This document shows positions 26,154-37,300 of a DNA stretch of 64,000 nt, in pieces. Below the pieces are notes generated by a model that was not told the DNA's origin, did no database searches, and saw only the letters and a program-made list of their open reading frames with translations. Every line of letters begins with the position of its first letter. The first letter of the stretch is position 1. The stretch spans positions 3,180-67,179 of the forward strand of contig CAIOAT010000024.1 in assembly GCA_903856085.1 (NCBI GenBank), in the 5' to 3' direction. This stretch comes from Candidatus Omnitrophota bacterium. Its GTDB lineage: Bacteria; Omnitrophota; Omnitrophia; Omnitrophales; Aquincolibacteriaceae. The translations under genes and the position numbers were made by a program.

Positions 26154-26735
26154 CTACGATGCCGCGGTCTTTGCTGCAGGAGGAACCTCGGAGCGGATCT
26201 TCTCGCCTTCGGTCTTGTTCGCGGTTGTCTGCTGTTGCTTGAAAGCCTGACTGGAGGGCTTCTGGGATTGGAAATGCGCCCGGATCGCCTCACGTTTCTG
26301 TTCCTCAGTCATGCTGGGATCATTGGCGAGCTTCTGAAAAAAAGCGTTATTCTCACTACGCCGTTTATCCACAAAAGCCGCGATCTGCTCATACTGCTTC
26401 TCTCGGGCAGCAATAATCTCGTTCTTCTGAGCATCTGTCATCTTCGTGTTCAGCGCCAATTTGGCCTTCAACTCGGCCATTTGCTTATCACGAATGCCTT
26501 GTTGAAAGGCTTTGCTCTTCGCAATTTGGTTCTCGCGATACTGCTTGATCGCTGCCTGTTTTTCTTCAGGGGTTTTTTCTTTTACCGCTTGAAGAGGTGC
26601 CGTTTTTACTTGCTTGGGCTCCGCTTGCTGCACTTTTTTCTCTTCTTTCGGCTTATTGCCCCATCCCCATCCCGCTTGAAGTACCGCCGGCGCCATACAC
26701 AATAGCACCATCACCCACAAAATTACTTTTTTCAT
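26154..26735 (-). CDS. Periplasmic K/E/Q-rich helical protein, possibly Spy/CpxP (LTxxQ)-like
   Basis: 193 aa; signal peptide (VMVLLCMAPAVLQA), highly charged helical repeats with LTxxQ-like elements (MTDAQKNEI, MTEEQKREAI). Confidence 0.35.
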   Translation of the reverse strand: MKKVILWVMVLLCMAPAVLQAGWGWGNKPKEEKKVQQAEPKQVKTAPLQAVKEKTPEEKQAAIKQYRENQIAKSKAFQQGIRDKQMAELKAKLALNTKMTDAQKNEIIAAREKQYEQIAAFVDKRRSENNAFFQKLANDPSMTEEQKREAIRAHFQSQKPSSQAFKQQQTTANKTEGEKIRSEVPPAAKTAAS

Positions 26736-26919
26736 CCTCGTTCTCCTTTTTTTAAAAAACTGAACCGTTACACCTGCTACATATTACACCGCCGGGAAAA
26801 CTTTTCAAAAAAAATTCTCCCCGACATGATTCCCCGCCGCAAAACACCGACAGGTCCATCCAAGCCTTGGCAGCAATCCTTCGCGCTGCCAGAAGGCCCC
26901 CACTCTCAAAAGTCGGTCA

Positions 26920-27642
26920 TCATTTCATTTCAAGTTCACGAATGGCGGTCACAACCACTGAAGGATTTTGTGGCTTCCCAAGATAAACGGAAGCCCCCGC
27001 GGCAAGACTCTTTTCCCGAAAATCCATCCCGGAATAGGTATAAACGATCAGCGGAACCGTCGTGCAACTCCGTATATCCTTGATCAGTACCTCCGCCTCG
27101 ACAGCATGCTGCTGATATTCCATGGCAATATAATCAGCAGGCTGTTTCGCCCAATATTCCTTAAAACCGCTCATGCCCTTGATAAAAAAAACCTGAAAGC
27201 GCTCATCACGCAATTCTTTGGCGACCGCCTGCGCCAGCGGGCTTCCCTCGGAATCCGCGAGATAGACAGTCTTTCTCTTTTTCAAAAGCGCCTTCCTGAC
27301 TTCGCCAAGAACAAGAGACATTTCGAACGGTTTATTAACAAACCCGTCCACAGCAATCCCTTCCATCAGACTCTCAAGCTCGCCGCGACCCGTCATGACG
27401 ATCACCGGCATCCGGGGTTTTCCATGTTTTGTAGAAACGGCGCGCAGAAAATCGAAGCCGTCTTTTCCCGGCATCCGAATATCCAGCATCACCAGATTGA
27501 CAGACCCCTGCTCTAACGCCTTGAGAGCTTTATCCACACTCGGCGCCGTCAGGACCACGTAACCTTCTTCCTCCAAATGGAGCTTCAGAAGATCTGCGAT
27601 CGCTCGTTCATCATCGACAATCAGTATTTTTTCTCCGCTCAT
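26920..27642 (-). CDS. Response regulator with N-terminal receiver and a second degenerate receiver-like domain, no DNA-binding output
   Basis: 240 aa; REC motifs (ILIVDDE ..., LVMLDIRMPGKDG, K near residue 104). The second half is receiver-like but lacks the canonical acidic pocket. Confidence 0.7.
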   Translation of the reverse strand: MSGEKILIVDDERAIADLLKLHLEEEGYVVLTAPSVDKALKALEQGSVNLVMLDIRMPGKDGFDFLRAVSTKHGKPRMPVIVMTGRGELESLMEGIAVDGFVNKPFEMSLVLGEVRKALLKKRKTVYLADSEGSPLAQAVAKELRDERFQVFFIKGMSGFKEYWAKQPADYIAMEYQQHAVEAEVLIKDIRSCTTVPLIVYTYSGMDFREKSLAAGASVYLGKPQNPSVVVTAIRELEMK

Positions 27643-27657
27643 AATACCTCCCTGGGA

Positions 27658-30408
27658 TTAACGACCCAACACGGACCAAACTTTCACGGAAAGTTGCCCG
27701 TGACTGAAGGGTTTTTGAAGGAAATCCGCGCCTTCCACGTCCGCAATCATTTGTTCTGAATACCCGGACATAAAGATCACTTTCAATTCAGGGAACATTT
27801 CCCGGACTCGGAGCACAAGATCTTTGCCATTCATTTTCGGCATGGTCAAATCGGTGAGCAAAAGATCAAACTTCCTCCCCGGATCTTCCGCAAGCATTCC
27901 AAGCGCCTCATCCCCTCCGCGCGCCGCGCGGACATCGTAGCCTCTTTCGCGAAGAACCTGCAGAGCGAACTCTCGAACCTGGTTTTCATCTTCGACGAGA
28001 AGGATCTTACCCCGCCCCTGCGGCAGTACTTCCAAAACCGATCTTTCCTCAAGGCCGGGCTCCGCCTTAGCTTTGGGAAGATAAATCCTAAAAGTAGTCC
28101 CTTTCTCAAGCTGACTTTCAAAGGAAATCGCACCACCTGCCTGCTCCACGATTCCATAAACGATTGAAAGCCCCAACCCTGTGTTCATCCCTTTTTTCTT
28201 AGTGGTAAAGAAAGGTTCAAAAATACGCTTCCTTAAAGCGGGATCGATCCCAACGCCAGAATCTTTGACCGTTATCCTGATAAACTCACCTTCTCTTTTT
28301 CGAGAAGGTCTGAGTTCTTCCTGGATATCTTCCATACGCACAAGATCCGTCGTAACCGTCAACACCCCGCCTTTCGGCATCGACTCCCGCGCATTCACAA
28401 AAAGATTCAAAAACACCTGCTCCATCTGCCCAGGGTCCATTTTCACGTAGCCAACATCCGCCGCGTGGTCCACCTTCAACTCGACATCGTCCCCCAGCAA
28501 TCGGGCGATCATACTCTTCATTTTCACGGTCGCTTCTGAGACCTTGATCAGCTGCGGCTTTGGAGCCTCTTTCCGGCTAAGATTGAGCAATTGCCTGACG
28601 ATCGTCGCCGCACAATCGCCCGCATCCCGTATCTGGTGTACTTTGTCAAAATAAGGATCATCCGGCTTCATCTTTGTCATGAGATAACCGCTATAGCCAT
28701 TGATCACAGTCAACATATTGTTAAAATCATGTGCAATCCCGCCCGCCAACCGACCCACCGCCTCCATTCTGAGTGAATGCCGGAGTTGCTCTTCGAGCTG
28801 GAGCCGGTAGGTGATGTCCTCTTTGACCGCGACGAAGTACGCGATCTTACCCTCATCATCACGGATCGGGGCAATGTGAGCCAATTCCGTGTATATCTCA
28901 CCGTTCTTCTTTTTATTGGAAAACTGTCCTTGCCAATCTTTCCCCTGGAGAAGCGTGTCCCAAAGATCTCTATAAAACTCCACCGGCTGTTCCCCGCTCT
29001 TTAAGATCCTTGGATTCTGGCCCAAAGCCTCCGCGGAAGAATAACCCGTGACCTCAGAAAATTTCTGGTTCACGTATTCGATCTTGCCGTCCTTATCGGT
29101 GATCACGATACAGCTCGGACTTTGCTCCACAGCCTCAGACAGTTGCCGGATCTTACTTTCTATTTTCTTAAGCTCGGTCAAATCTCTCCAGAGACAATGG
29201 AGAATATTCTTGCCATGAACAACCACGGGTGTGAGGGAAACTTCCACCGGAAAATCCTCCCCATCGGCTTTTCTGTGAACCCACTCAAATCGGTGAAACC
29301 CCTGCTCAAAAGCAAGCTTCATCATCTCATTGGCCTTAACAAAAGAACTCTGCCCGTCGGGTTGGACAGGAGGCGACAGCTCCGCGGGATGCTTCATCAA
29401 AAATTCTGCCCGGGTGGAATATCCGAGCATGTGAGCTGTGGCCTCGTTGCAATCCACAAAATTCTCACCGTCAATAAGAAGGATGGCATCTCGGGAAACA
29501 TAAAGAACGTCCATGAATCGCTTTTCACTCTCCTGCAATGCTGCCTCCGCGCGCTTACGCTCGGTGATATCTTGGGAGATCCCTGTGAGCCGCACAGCCT
29601 TGTTGTTTACGTCTCGCTGGATATGCCCCCGGGATAAAATAACGCGCGATTCTCCATCCTGCCGGGTGATTCGCAACTCCAACTCATAATCTTCTCCCGT
29701 CTGCTCGGATTTCTTGATCGCAGCCGTCATTGTTTTCCAGTCCTCCGGATGCGTCCTCTTTTCGCATTCCTGAAAAGTTGGCACTGCCCCCTCAGGATCC
29801 ATGCCATAGATACGAAACATTTCATCGGAAAAGGAGACCTGTTCGGTTTGAAGATCAAGCACCCAACTCCCCACATGAGAAACGCGCTGCGCGTCCTTAA
29901 GCTGAATCTCGCTTGCCGTGATTGCTTCCTCGGCACGCTTTCGAAGGGTCATGTCCATAATAACCCCAACAATCCCTTGCACTTCCCCGGACGCCCCGGT
30001 AAAAGTTGCCTTATGAAACATGATGCTTCTGGACTCACCCGCCGCATTCGTGATCGCTGCCTCATAGACTTGAATGCCCGGAAGAGCAAAAAGATTCGCA
30101 TCTTTCTCAATATAAATTTTGGCGATCTCGGGCGAAAAAAGCTCCTCAACTTTTTTCCCAATAAGCTCTTTTTGCGATATTCCAAAAAACGCTTCGAAGG
30201 CCCTGTTGCAGCCGATATAAACCCCCGAGACGTCCTTATAGAAAACCGGAACGGGGATAGAATCCATGAGTTTCTGTAAGAACAGGGATTTCTCCAAGCT
30301 CACCGCCTCGATCAATTTGCGCTCTTGAATTTCCCTGTCCAGATTTTCGATGGAAGTAGTTTTATTCTTAATATTTTGAGCCATCGCTTCAAAATCTCTG
30401 GCAAGCAA
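27658..30408 (-). CDS. Hybrid sensor histidine kinase: HAMP remnant, multiple PAS, HisKA, HATPase_c, C-terminal receiver
   Basis: 916 aa; at least four PAS-like modules, H-box AHDFNNMLTVINGY, G-boxes GVGIDPALRKRIFEPFFTTKKKGMNTGLGLSIV, C-terminal REC (ILLVEDE ... LLTDLTMPKMNGKDL). The ORF-track start 30408 is a TTG; the first in-frame ATG is at 30384. Confidence 0.85.
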   Translation of the reverse strand: MLARDFEAMAQNIKNKTTSIENLDREIQERKLIEAVSLEKSLFLQKLMDSIPVPVFYKDVSGVYIGCNRAFEAFFGISQKELIGKKVEELFSPEIAKIYIEKDANLFALPGIQVYEAAITNAAGESRSIMFHKATFTGASGEVQGIVGVIMDMTLRKRAEEAITASEIQLKDAQRVSHVGSWVLDLQTEQVSFSDEMFRIYGMDPEGAVPTFQECEKRTHPEDWKTMTAAIKKSEQTGEDYELELRITRQDGESRVILSRGHIQRDVNNKAVRLTGISQDITERKRAEAALQESEKRFMDVLYVSRDAILLIDGENFVDCNEATAHMLGYSTRAEFLMKHPAELSPPVQPDGQSSFVKANEMMKLAFEQGFHRFEWVHRKADGEDFPVEVSLTPVVVHGKNILHCLWRDLTELKKIESKIRQLSEAVEQSPSCIVITDKDGKIEYVNQKFSEVTGYSSAEALGQNPRILKSGEQPVEFYRDLWDTLLQGKDWQGQFSNKKKNGEIYTELAHIAPIRDDEGKIAYFVAVKEDITYRLQLEEQLRHSLRMEAVGRLAGGIAHDFNNMLTVINGYSGYLMTKMKPDDPYFDKVHQIRDAGDCAATIVRQLLNLSRKEAPKPQLIKVSEATVKMKSMIARLLGDDVELKVDHAADVGYVKMDPGQMEQVFLNLFVNARESMPKGGVLTVTTDLVRMEDIQEELRPSRKREGEFIRITVKDSGVGIDPALRKRIFEPFFTTKKKGMNTGLGLSIVYGIVEQAGGAISFESQLEKGTTFRIYLPKAKAEPGLEERSVLEVLPQGRGKILLVEDENQVREFALQVLRERGYDVRAARGGDEALGMLAEDPGRKFDLLLTDLTMPKMNGKDLVLRVREMFPELKVIFMSGYSEQMIADVEGADFLQKPFSHGQLSVKVWSVLGR

Positions 30409-30607
30409 CCCGAACTCATCCTGGGAAACGATCTCGACTTTCGAATCGAAGTCACCTTCTGAAAAACGATCTGCAACGCGACGAAGCTTCTCCAGAGGAC
30501 GGGAGAACGATCTTGTTCAAAATCAAGCTCCTTCATTTTATCTATGCAAATGGCGCCACGCCCGATATGATAGCAACGTTTTTTGGAACCCGACACAATA
30601 AAACTGC

Positions 30608-33600
30608 TTGGGATTTATGAAACAAACTCCTGCAAGTCAGAAAATGCAGCACGCCGCATCCTCCCCAAGGGAATTTCCCAGGAGCTCCTGGCTTACGCCG
30701 AAGCAAATTCCCGCGAAGTCGATGCAGAGACTTATCCTCACCTGCTTTTTTATCTCCGGAGCGTGCGGGCTCGTCTACGAGGTCGCCTGGCTCCGTGTCA
30801 TGGGACTCATTTTCGGCAATACCACGTTCGCCACGAGCACGGTACTGGCCGGCTACATGGCCGGTCTCGGCCTCGGAGCACTTTGGTGGGGTAAACGGAT
30901 TGACAAGGGCGGCAACCCGGTCAGAATCTATGCAAATCTAGAGGTTGGCATCGGTGTCTTCGCGTTGCTCACGCCGCTTATTTGGATACTTATTGACCTT
31001 TTAACGATCGGTTTTTACCGGTTCGTTTCTCCCGCATTTTTTTCCGCTCTTTTATTCAAATTCCTGCTCGCGTTCACAGCCCTCCTCATCCCGACGTTTC
31101 TCATGGGTGCGACACTCCCGGTCCTCTCAAAATACTTCGTCACCAAAGACGATGAGATTGCAAAACAAGTGGGACTTCTCTACGGGCTTAATACCTTGGG
31201 AGCCGTCCTGGGCGTACTCTTCAGCGGATTCATTGCACTTCAAACCTTCGGCGTCTGGCAAACGGTTTACCTGACCGGTTTTTTCAATCTGGTTATTTTT
31301 TGTCTCTGCCGGCGTTTCTTCGCTTCTCCCGAGGCGAACCCCCCGGTTATAAACAAGAAAATAGCACCTTTAAAAAATCCGGTGAGTCCCTCCCCTTCCG
31401 CCGCAGAGCAATCCTCTTTCTCACCGGCTGTCACATGGATCTTGCTTGCCGCGTTCGCGATCTCAGGCGCCGTCTCCATGATGTACGAGATCGCCTGGAC
31501 GCGCGTACTCGCCATGTCGCTGGGTAGTTCCGTCTATGCCTTCTCGCTCATGCTCGCGACTTTTCTTCTAGGCATTTCCATCGGCAGTTATTTATTCAGT
31601 CGCTTTTCGCATTTCTTCCGGACGAACCTGCAAACCTTCGCGATCCTACAACTGCTAACCGCGCTCTTTGGTCTTGGGGGCATCAACGTCTTTAATGATA
31701 TGCCTTATTATTTCGTCAGGATCTTCGCCGCCTCCCACAACTCCGACTTTTTACTGCAAGTCGGAAGGTTCTTCCTCTGCTCGATTGTCATGCTCCCGCC
31801 AACCCTCATGATCGGCGCCATGTTCTCGTGCTTCATCCACATCCTCCGCCGCTCACGACCTCTCGGAAGCGAGATCGGAGAAGCCTATTTTGCCAACACG
31901 ATCGGCACCATCCTCGGTTCCGTGCTAACAGGATTTTGTATCATTCCGCTCGTGGGAATCCAGCATACGCTTCTAATCGCCGCAGGGCTCAATGCCACAA
32001 TCGGTGCCTTGGCCTTCTTTCTTCAAAAAGAGCGGCTTAATTGGAAGCGTTACAGTATTCTCGCACTGACCGTCCTACTTCTTGCTTTCGGAATTCTCAC
32101 GATTCGCCCATGGAACCAAGGTTTCATCTCAAGCGAGCTGGCCGTCAAACCCGCCCCTGCCATCGGCATGACAAAGAACCAACTGCTCAATTCCATGAAA
32201 GAACAAGAGTTGGTCTTTTACAAGGAAGGACTGAGTGCAACGGTCGCAGTGAAACGGCTCCGCGATGATCTTTCGATGTCGGTCAACGGCAAGATCGACG
32301 CCTCGAATAAAGACACCTTCACACAATTTCTGCTGGGGCATCTTCCGATGGCACTTCACCCGAATCCGAAAAATGTATGCGTGATTGGTCTCGGGAGTGG
32401 TTCGACGGCCGCGGCCGTAGCTTCGTATCCAGTCGAGCACATCGACGTCGTCGAGCTTGAAAAAGAGGTCGTGAAGGCCGCAAGTTATTTCAAGGAATTG
32501 AACCGCAATGTCCTCGCCGACCCGCGCCTGAAAATCCATATCAATGACGGCCGGAATTTCCTCCTCCTCGATCCCACCCGATACGACGTCATTATTTCCG
32601 AGCCTTCGAACCCGTGGATGGCCGGTGTCGCAAACCTCTTTTCAATCGAACATTACAGGACCATGAAAAAGCGACTTGCCCCCGGCGGCATCGTCTGTCA
32701 ATGGCTACACGCTTACAGCATGTCTCCCGAGGATCTTCGCATGATCATCCGGACGTTCTCGGAAGTGTACCCGAACATCAGTCTTTGGACCTCGTATTAT
32801 CCGGATCTGATGCTCATCGGATCGAATGAGCCTCTCACACTTGACATGAAAAATTTCGAGAGGGCCTTCAAGATCCCAACGGTACGCGAAGACCTCGAAC
32901 CCAACGGCATCCGAAGCCCGATGGGATTTCTTTCAAACGCCTGGCTTTTTGATCCGGCCCTGCGGCTTCTAGCCCAAGACGCCAAGATCAACTCGGACAA
33001 TCATCCTTATCTTGAATTCTCTGCACCGCGAAACCTTTATAAAAACACCCTTCTCGAAAACTTTACGCTCCTGAACACACTCCGCAAATTTGAAGAGTTC
33101 CCCAAGGTTAAGGATCTCGAACCTCCGCAGGAAAAAAATGTCCTTTTTTATAATGCCCTGACTCGCGGATATCTTGCCAAACGTTTTAACGCCAATGCCG
33201 AATGGTCCCTGAGCAAAGCTGACAAGATCGATCCGGCAAACCTTGAAACCGCACTTTTAAGCGGCATTTTTTATTATCAGATCGGCGCCAAAGACAAAGC
33301 CAAGGAGATCCTCACGCAGGCGGTCGCAATCAACCCCTCTTCGGCTGAAACACAAGAGTATTTTGGATCAGCACTCCAGGATCTTGGGCAAATCCCCGGG
33401 GCGATCGAGGCTTTTCAAAAGGCTTCGGATCTTGCCCCCGAGAATATCCCCTACCTGGTCACACTCGCAAACGCACTCCTCAAGGCCGATCAAAATTTGC
33501 GGGCGCTTCAATGTTTCAATAAAGCTCTGGCGGCCCGGCCCGATGATTTTGACAGCTGGGTCAAGAAAGCCATGCTCGTCATGAATATGGGAACTTTGGA

Positions 33601-33892
33601 AGAAAAAACAAGGGTGACAAACAACATTCTCTTGCGATATCCCCGCTTCATGGGCGGCTACGAATGGTTGGGTGATCTTTTAGAAAAAAGCGGCCGGTCG
33701 GAAGAGGCCCTCGCGGTCTACCAGAAAATGGCCGGCATTTTCCCCAACGAATCCACGCCCTTCATCAATCTCGCACGCGCCAGCGACAATCTGGGACGTC
33801 CTCAGGACATGAAAAAATACCTGGCAAAAGCCGCCCGTCTCAATCCCGCCCTGGCCGATAATCCGGCCATCCAAAAGATTCTGCGCTCTTAA
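30608..33892 (+). CDS. Fused polytopic membrane domain / spermidine-synthase-like aminopropyltransferase fold / C-terminal TPR repeats
   Basis: 1094 aa; ~14 TM helices in the N-terminal half, SpeE-like Rossmann signature VCVIGLGSGSTAAAV...DVVELE...ISEPSNPW, C-terminal TPR repeats. ORF-track start 30608 is TTG; a likelier ATG is at 30722 (MQRLILTCFFISGACGLVYEVAWLRV). Confidence 0.7.
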   Translation: MGFMKQTPASQKMQHAASSPREFPRSSWLTPKQIPAKSMQRLILTCFFISGACGLVYEVAWLRVMGLIFGNTTFATSTVLAGYMAGLGLGALWWGKRIDKGGNPVRIYANLEVGIGVFALLTPLIWILIDLLTIGFYRFVSPAFFSALLFKFLLAFTALLIPTFLMGATLPVLSKYFVTKDDEIAKQVGLLYGLNTLGAVLGVLFSGFIALQTFGVWQTVYLTGFFNLVIFCLCRRFFASPEANPPVINKKIAPLKNPVSPSPSAAEQSSFSPAVTWILLAAFAISGAVSMMYEIAWTRVLAMSLGSSVYAFSLMLATFLLGISIGSYLFSRFSHFFRTNLQTFAILQLLTALFGLGGINVFNDMPYYFVRIFAASHNSDFLLQVGRFFLCSIVMLPPTLMIGAMFSCFIHILRRSRPLGSEIGEAYFANTIGTILGSVLTGFCIIPLVGIQHTLLIAAGLNATIGALAFFLQKERLNWKRYSILALTVLLLAFGILTIRPWNQGFISSELAVKPAPAIGMTKNQLLNSMKEQELVFYKEGLSATVAVKRLRDDLSMSVNGKIDASNKDTFTQFLLGHLPMALHPNPKNVCVIGLGSGSTAAAVASYPVEHIDVVELEKEVVKAASYFKELNRNVLADPRLKIHINDGRNFLLLDPTRYDVIISEPSNPWMAGVANLFSIEHYRTMKKRLAPGGIVCQWLHAYSMSPEDLRMIIRTFSEVYPNISLWTSYYPDLMLIGSNEPLTLDMKNFERAFKIPTVREDLEPNGIRSPMGFLSNAWLFDPALRLLAQDAKINSDNHPYLEFSAPRNLYKNTLLENFTLLNTLRKFEEFPKVKDLEPPQEKNVLFYNALTRGYLAKRFNANAEWSLSKADKIDPANLETALLSGIFYYQIGAKDKAKEILTQAVAINPSSAETQEYFGSALQDLGQIPGAIEAFQKASDLAPENIPYLVTLANALLKADQNLRALQCFNKALAARPDDFDSWVKKAMLVMNMGTLEEKTRVTNNILLRYPRFMGGYEWLGDLLEKSGRSEEALAVYQKMAGIFPNESTPFINLARASDNLGRPQDMKKYLAKAARLNPALADNPAIQKILRS

Positions 33893-34170
33893 ACATCCTC
33901 TAAGTTCTCGAGATATTTAAAAGGGGTTCTGAAAGAGACTTGTACGTAACACCCATTAAATTCTTTATACGAAACGATGATTCTGATATAAAATCGCCAA
34001 TCGTGACCTGGAAGTTTTCACTCATTAAGATAAGCCATCCGTAGTCTGGGACAGAGTTTCAGAGGTCATTGTAAAAGCGGCTTCGTCTTAAAGAACGACA
34101 AGACAATAAGAATTTCGGAATTCCATAGCTAAGGTCGAAGTATTTGGGCTGGCGTCATATCCACATACAA

Positions 34171-34244
<74 letters not shown>

Positions 34245-34304
34245 CTTTTTTATTTTCGGGATTATCGAAATCGCCGCAAAAGTCATCTGCTCCATTAAAC
34301 CGCT

Positions 34305-34348
34305 ATAAATAAAAAAGACCCGGCGACGATCACCTCGTCACCGGGTCT
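34305..34348 (-). terminator. Rho-independent terminator of the GH94 giant gene
   Basis: Stem GACCCGGCGACG / CGTCACCGGGTC with a 7-nt loop; the single imperfect pair is a G-U wobble only in the minus-strand RNA. Followed on the minus strand by TTTTTTATTTAT. Lies 45 nt after the stop at 34393. Confidence 0.65.
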
Positions 34349-34392
34349 TATGAGCTCTACCTTATTCGCCTTAGGTTCCCACTGCCTGGAAA

Positions 34393-37300
34393 TTAAAGAG
34401 GCTTGGGCCTGATCGGACTCTTGGACACGTCCCGAGTCACGCTGATCACTTTAAGCGCGCCGCGAGGTTTATCCAGATCATTCGGAAGCACGAGTTTGTT
34501 TTTTACGACGAGTGCTCCGACCACACCTTCCATCGCCTGCCGTAACATCCAGCCGGCAGCTCCGGTGTATCCGTGCCAGATCATACGACCCGGTTCAAAC
34601 GTGGTCAAAATATCGGCCGACTGCTTATTGGGTTGACCGCCATAGATCTCAATTTCATGCATATGCGCGATCGGCGAGACCTTAAGCCACAACCGGTACG
34701 CGGTCTCGCGATATTTCTCTGCGTTCGCCTGATCCCCACGCTTTTCGTATTCTTCCGCCAAGAGACGCGCCGCTCTTACGAGCCACTGCACGCCGTGACA
34801 ATACATACCGTTCTCCCGAACGCCTTCCGGATATTTGCTGCTGCGTCCCAGATACGGTTTTGTGTCTTCGCGCAAGGCCGGCCACCCGAGCAGGATTGCG
34901 TTGTCCTTCTCAAGAACCTGCAAGGCCGTGTTGAAGATCGTCACGCCACGCTCGAAATTGATACCCGACATGACCGACCAGGCCGCGGTCAGGGCATCGA
35001 TCTCCCACACCCCGCTGCCCTTCACACCGATCTCGGTCCCGTCATCGTGAAAAGCACGCAGATACCGGTCGCCGCGCCACGTTTTTTCAAGGGCCACTTT
35101 CAGGGCTTCCATTTTTTTTACGTAATACGCTTTTTTCGCATCGCCTTCTTTTTGGCCGATGATATCAACCATCTCTTTCAAGATGTAGTAGAGGAAGAAG
35201 CCGAGCCAAACGCTCTCGCCATGGCCTTCGCTCCCGATCTCATCCAATCCATCATTCCAGTCGCCGACCCCCATGAGCGGCAGGCCATTCTTGCCTGAAC
35301 GCTGTTTGATCACAAGATCGATCGACTTCATGCAATGCTTATAGAGTGTATCCGCACGCGTCGTCCGGTGATACAAATGTCCCCAGCCTTGTTTGTTCTT
35401 CGGCAAAGGCGCAAATGGAAACTCCGAGATCAGATAGGCCGCCATTTCATCCAGGATCGTCTGGTCCCCCGTCGCCCGGACATATTCGGCGGCGCCCCAC
35501 GCCAGCCAAAGCGGGTTGTCGGAAGCATGAGACCGGCATGAGAACGACGTGCGTCCATCGGTCAGCGTGAAGAACCAGTGGTTCACATCGCCTTCCACGA
35601 ATTGCTGGGACGCATGCAAAAGGATCTGTTTGCGCGCCAGAGCCGGATCCACCCAGATCAGGTTCACAGTATCCTGGAGCTGGTCGCGGAAACCGAAAGC
35701 ACCGCTCGTCTGATAGAACCCGCGCCGTGCCCAAATACGCTCGGCCAACGCCTGATACTTTAGCCAGTTCTGATACCGGTCGAACTCCGGCTGATTGGTT
35801 TCGACCTTGACCGTTCCCATCAACCCGAGCCACCACTGGCGGGTTCCCTCAAGCTCCTTGCGAACGGTCTCGAGGTTTTTATACTTCTGAACCAAGGTGA
35901 CCGCTTTTTTGTGATCTTCGGCCTGGCCCAGCACGATGGCGACTGTACATTCGCCATGAGCCGGGATCTCAACGGTCCCCACAAAACCCGCGATCTGTCC
36001 GTCATCGGTCAACTGTGTCGCATCCGGTCCGGCATTTTCCACCATGAAAGGACGTTTGACGCCACGACCCGATCCGAAGAAACGGCCGCGCTTTGTCTCC
36101 ACACAGTCTGCGGGAATCGACATGGAAGCGAACGCCCATCCGGAACGGAAGATATTGCGACAATTCGCGAAATACAAGGCATCCGAAGCCTTATCGTGAC
36201 GCATTTCAAGCGGTCCCGATCGCTCCGGCTGGAAGGAAAGCACCATCTGAAAATATGGCGCGATCCTCATGCGGCGAGGCTTATCCTCGTCATTTTTCAG
36301 CGTCAGCAAATACACACCGAGCGGATCCTCGGGCGGCACATAAACGGTCAACTGCGAAGAAAGATTCCCATCCTTCATGCGGAAGATCGCCGTCCCGTCC
36401 ACACTGAACTCCGACTCGTGCTTGGCATTATTGTCATTCAAAGGCTGGTAGGTCGGCGAATACCATTCGTCACGATCCGGATCATAAAGATAGATCGCTT
36501 CCGTCGGTGTTTCCTTCGTCACCGTATCCGGCCAATCCGGCGTCAAACGGTTCTGTTGGGAATTCCCGTTGCACGAGGTGTGAAGCCCACGGTTCGTCAC
36601 CATCGTCGAATGGACCGCATTCGACATCGCATGGTCAAAAGGACGCGGCGTATAAGGCGTCAACACCTTCAATTTGTTGCCGTTATCCAGATATTCGTAA
36701 TAAGGTTGCGGCGTTCCCGGCGGAATCTCTCCGTGACCGATCAAAAGCGATCGGTGCTTCTTTTCCGAAAGCACTGCGCCCTGCGCCGGGTTCGGTTTGA
36801 GATATTTCGCGATCATCTCAAGCGCCACCTTCTTGTTCTTGGAATAACCGATCATCAGGCGCACCGTCGCGGTCGCCTTGGGCGCGACAAGAGCGTTCAC
36901 CATCAAACTGCCGATCGGATCGAACGTCGGATAGGCCGCCGTATCTTTGGCCGGCAAAAAATCCAGCGTTTCAAGACTGCGCGGCGCCCAAAGACTCTGA
37001 CCGCGGCCGATGAAATCCACACGTCCGGAGTGAAAACCTTCCGGTGCTACATCCGAGGCCAAAAGCCCCATAGATTTCGTGCTCTTCTGCCACGACAAGA
37101 TCGCATTCGATCCGGCCACGTATTCCATTTCCGGGTACAAACGCGCATACTGCGTGTGGAAACGATCATGCAGGCCGCCGTTTAAAACCCACTCGAGGTA
37201 CGGAACGACCTTGAGTTGCCGCGACCTTTCGGTCAGGTTCTCGATCGTGATCTTCCAAAGTTCTGCCGTGCTGTCCATATCCGGAAGACTGATCTCGATC

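Noticed and set aside
33893-34170. Small stem (GTCTT-N10-AAGAC) and AT-rich spacer between the TPR gene and the tRNA
   Set aside because: The stem is only 5 bp with no flanking U-run or conserved motif, which is insufficient for an sRNA or terminator call.
35911-37185. 424-aa plus-strand ORF (Arg-rich, MIFGLAQHDGDCTFAMSRDL...)
   Set aside because: Lies antisense inside the GH94-domain region of the 2320-aa gene. The composition is Arg/His-rich with low complexity, typical of the reverse strand of a GC-balanced coding region, and it has no motif.
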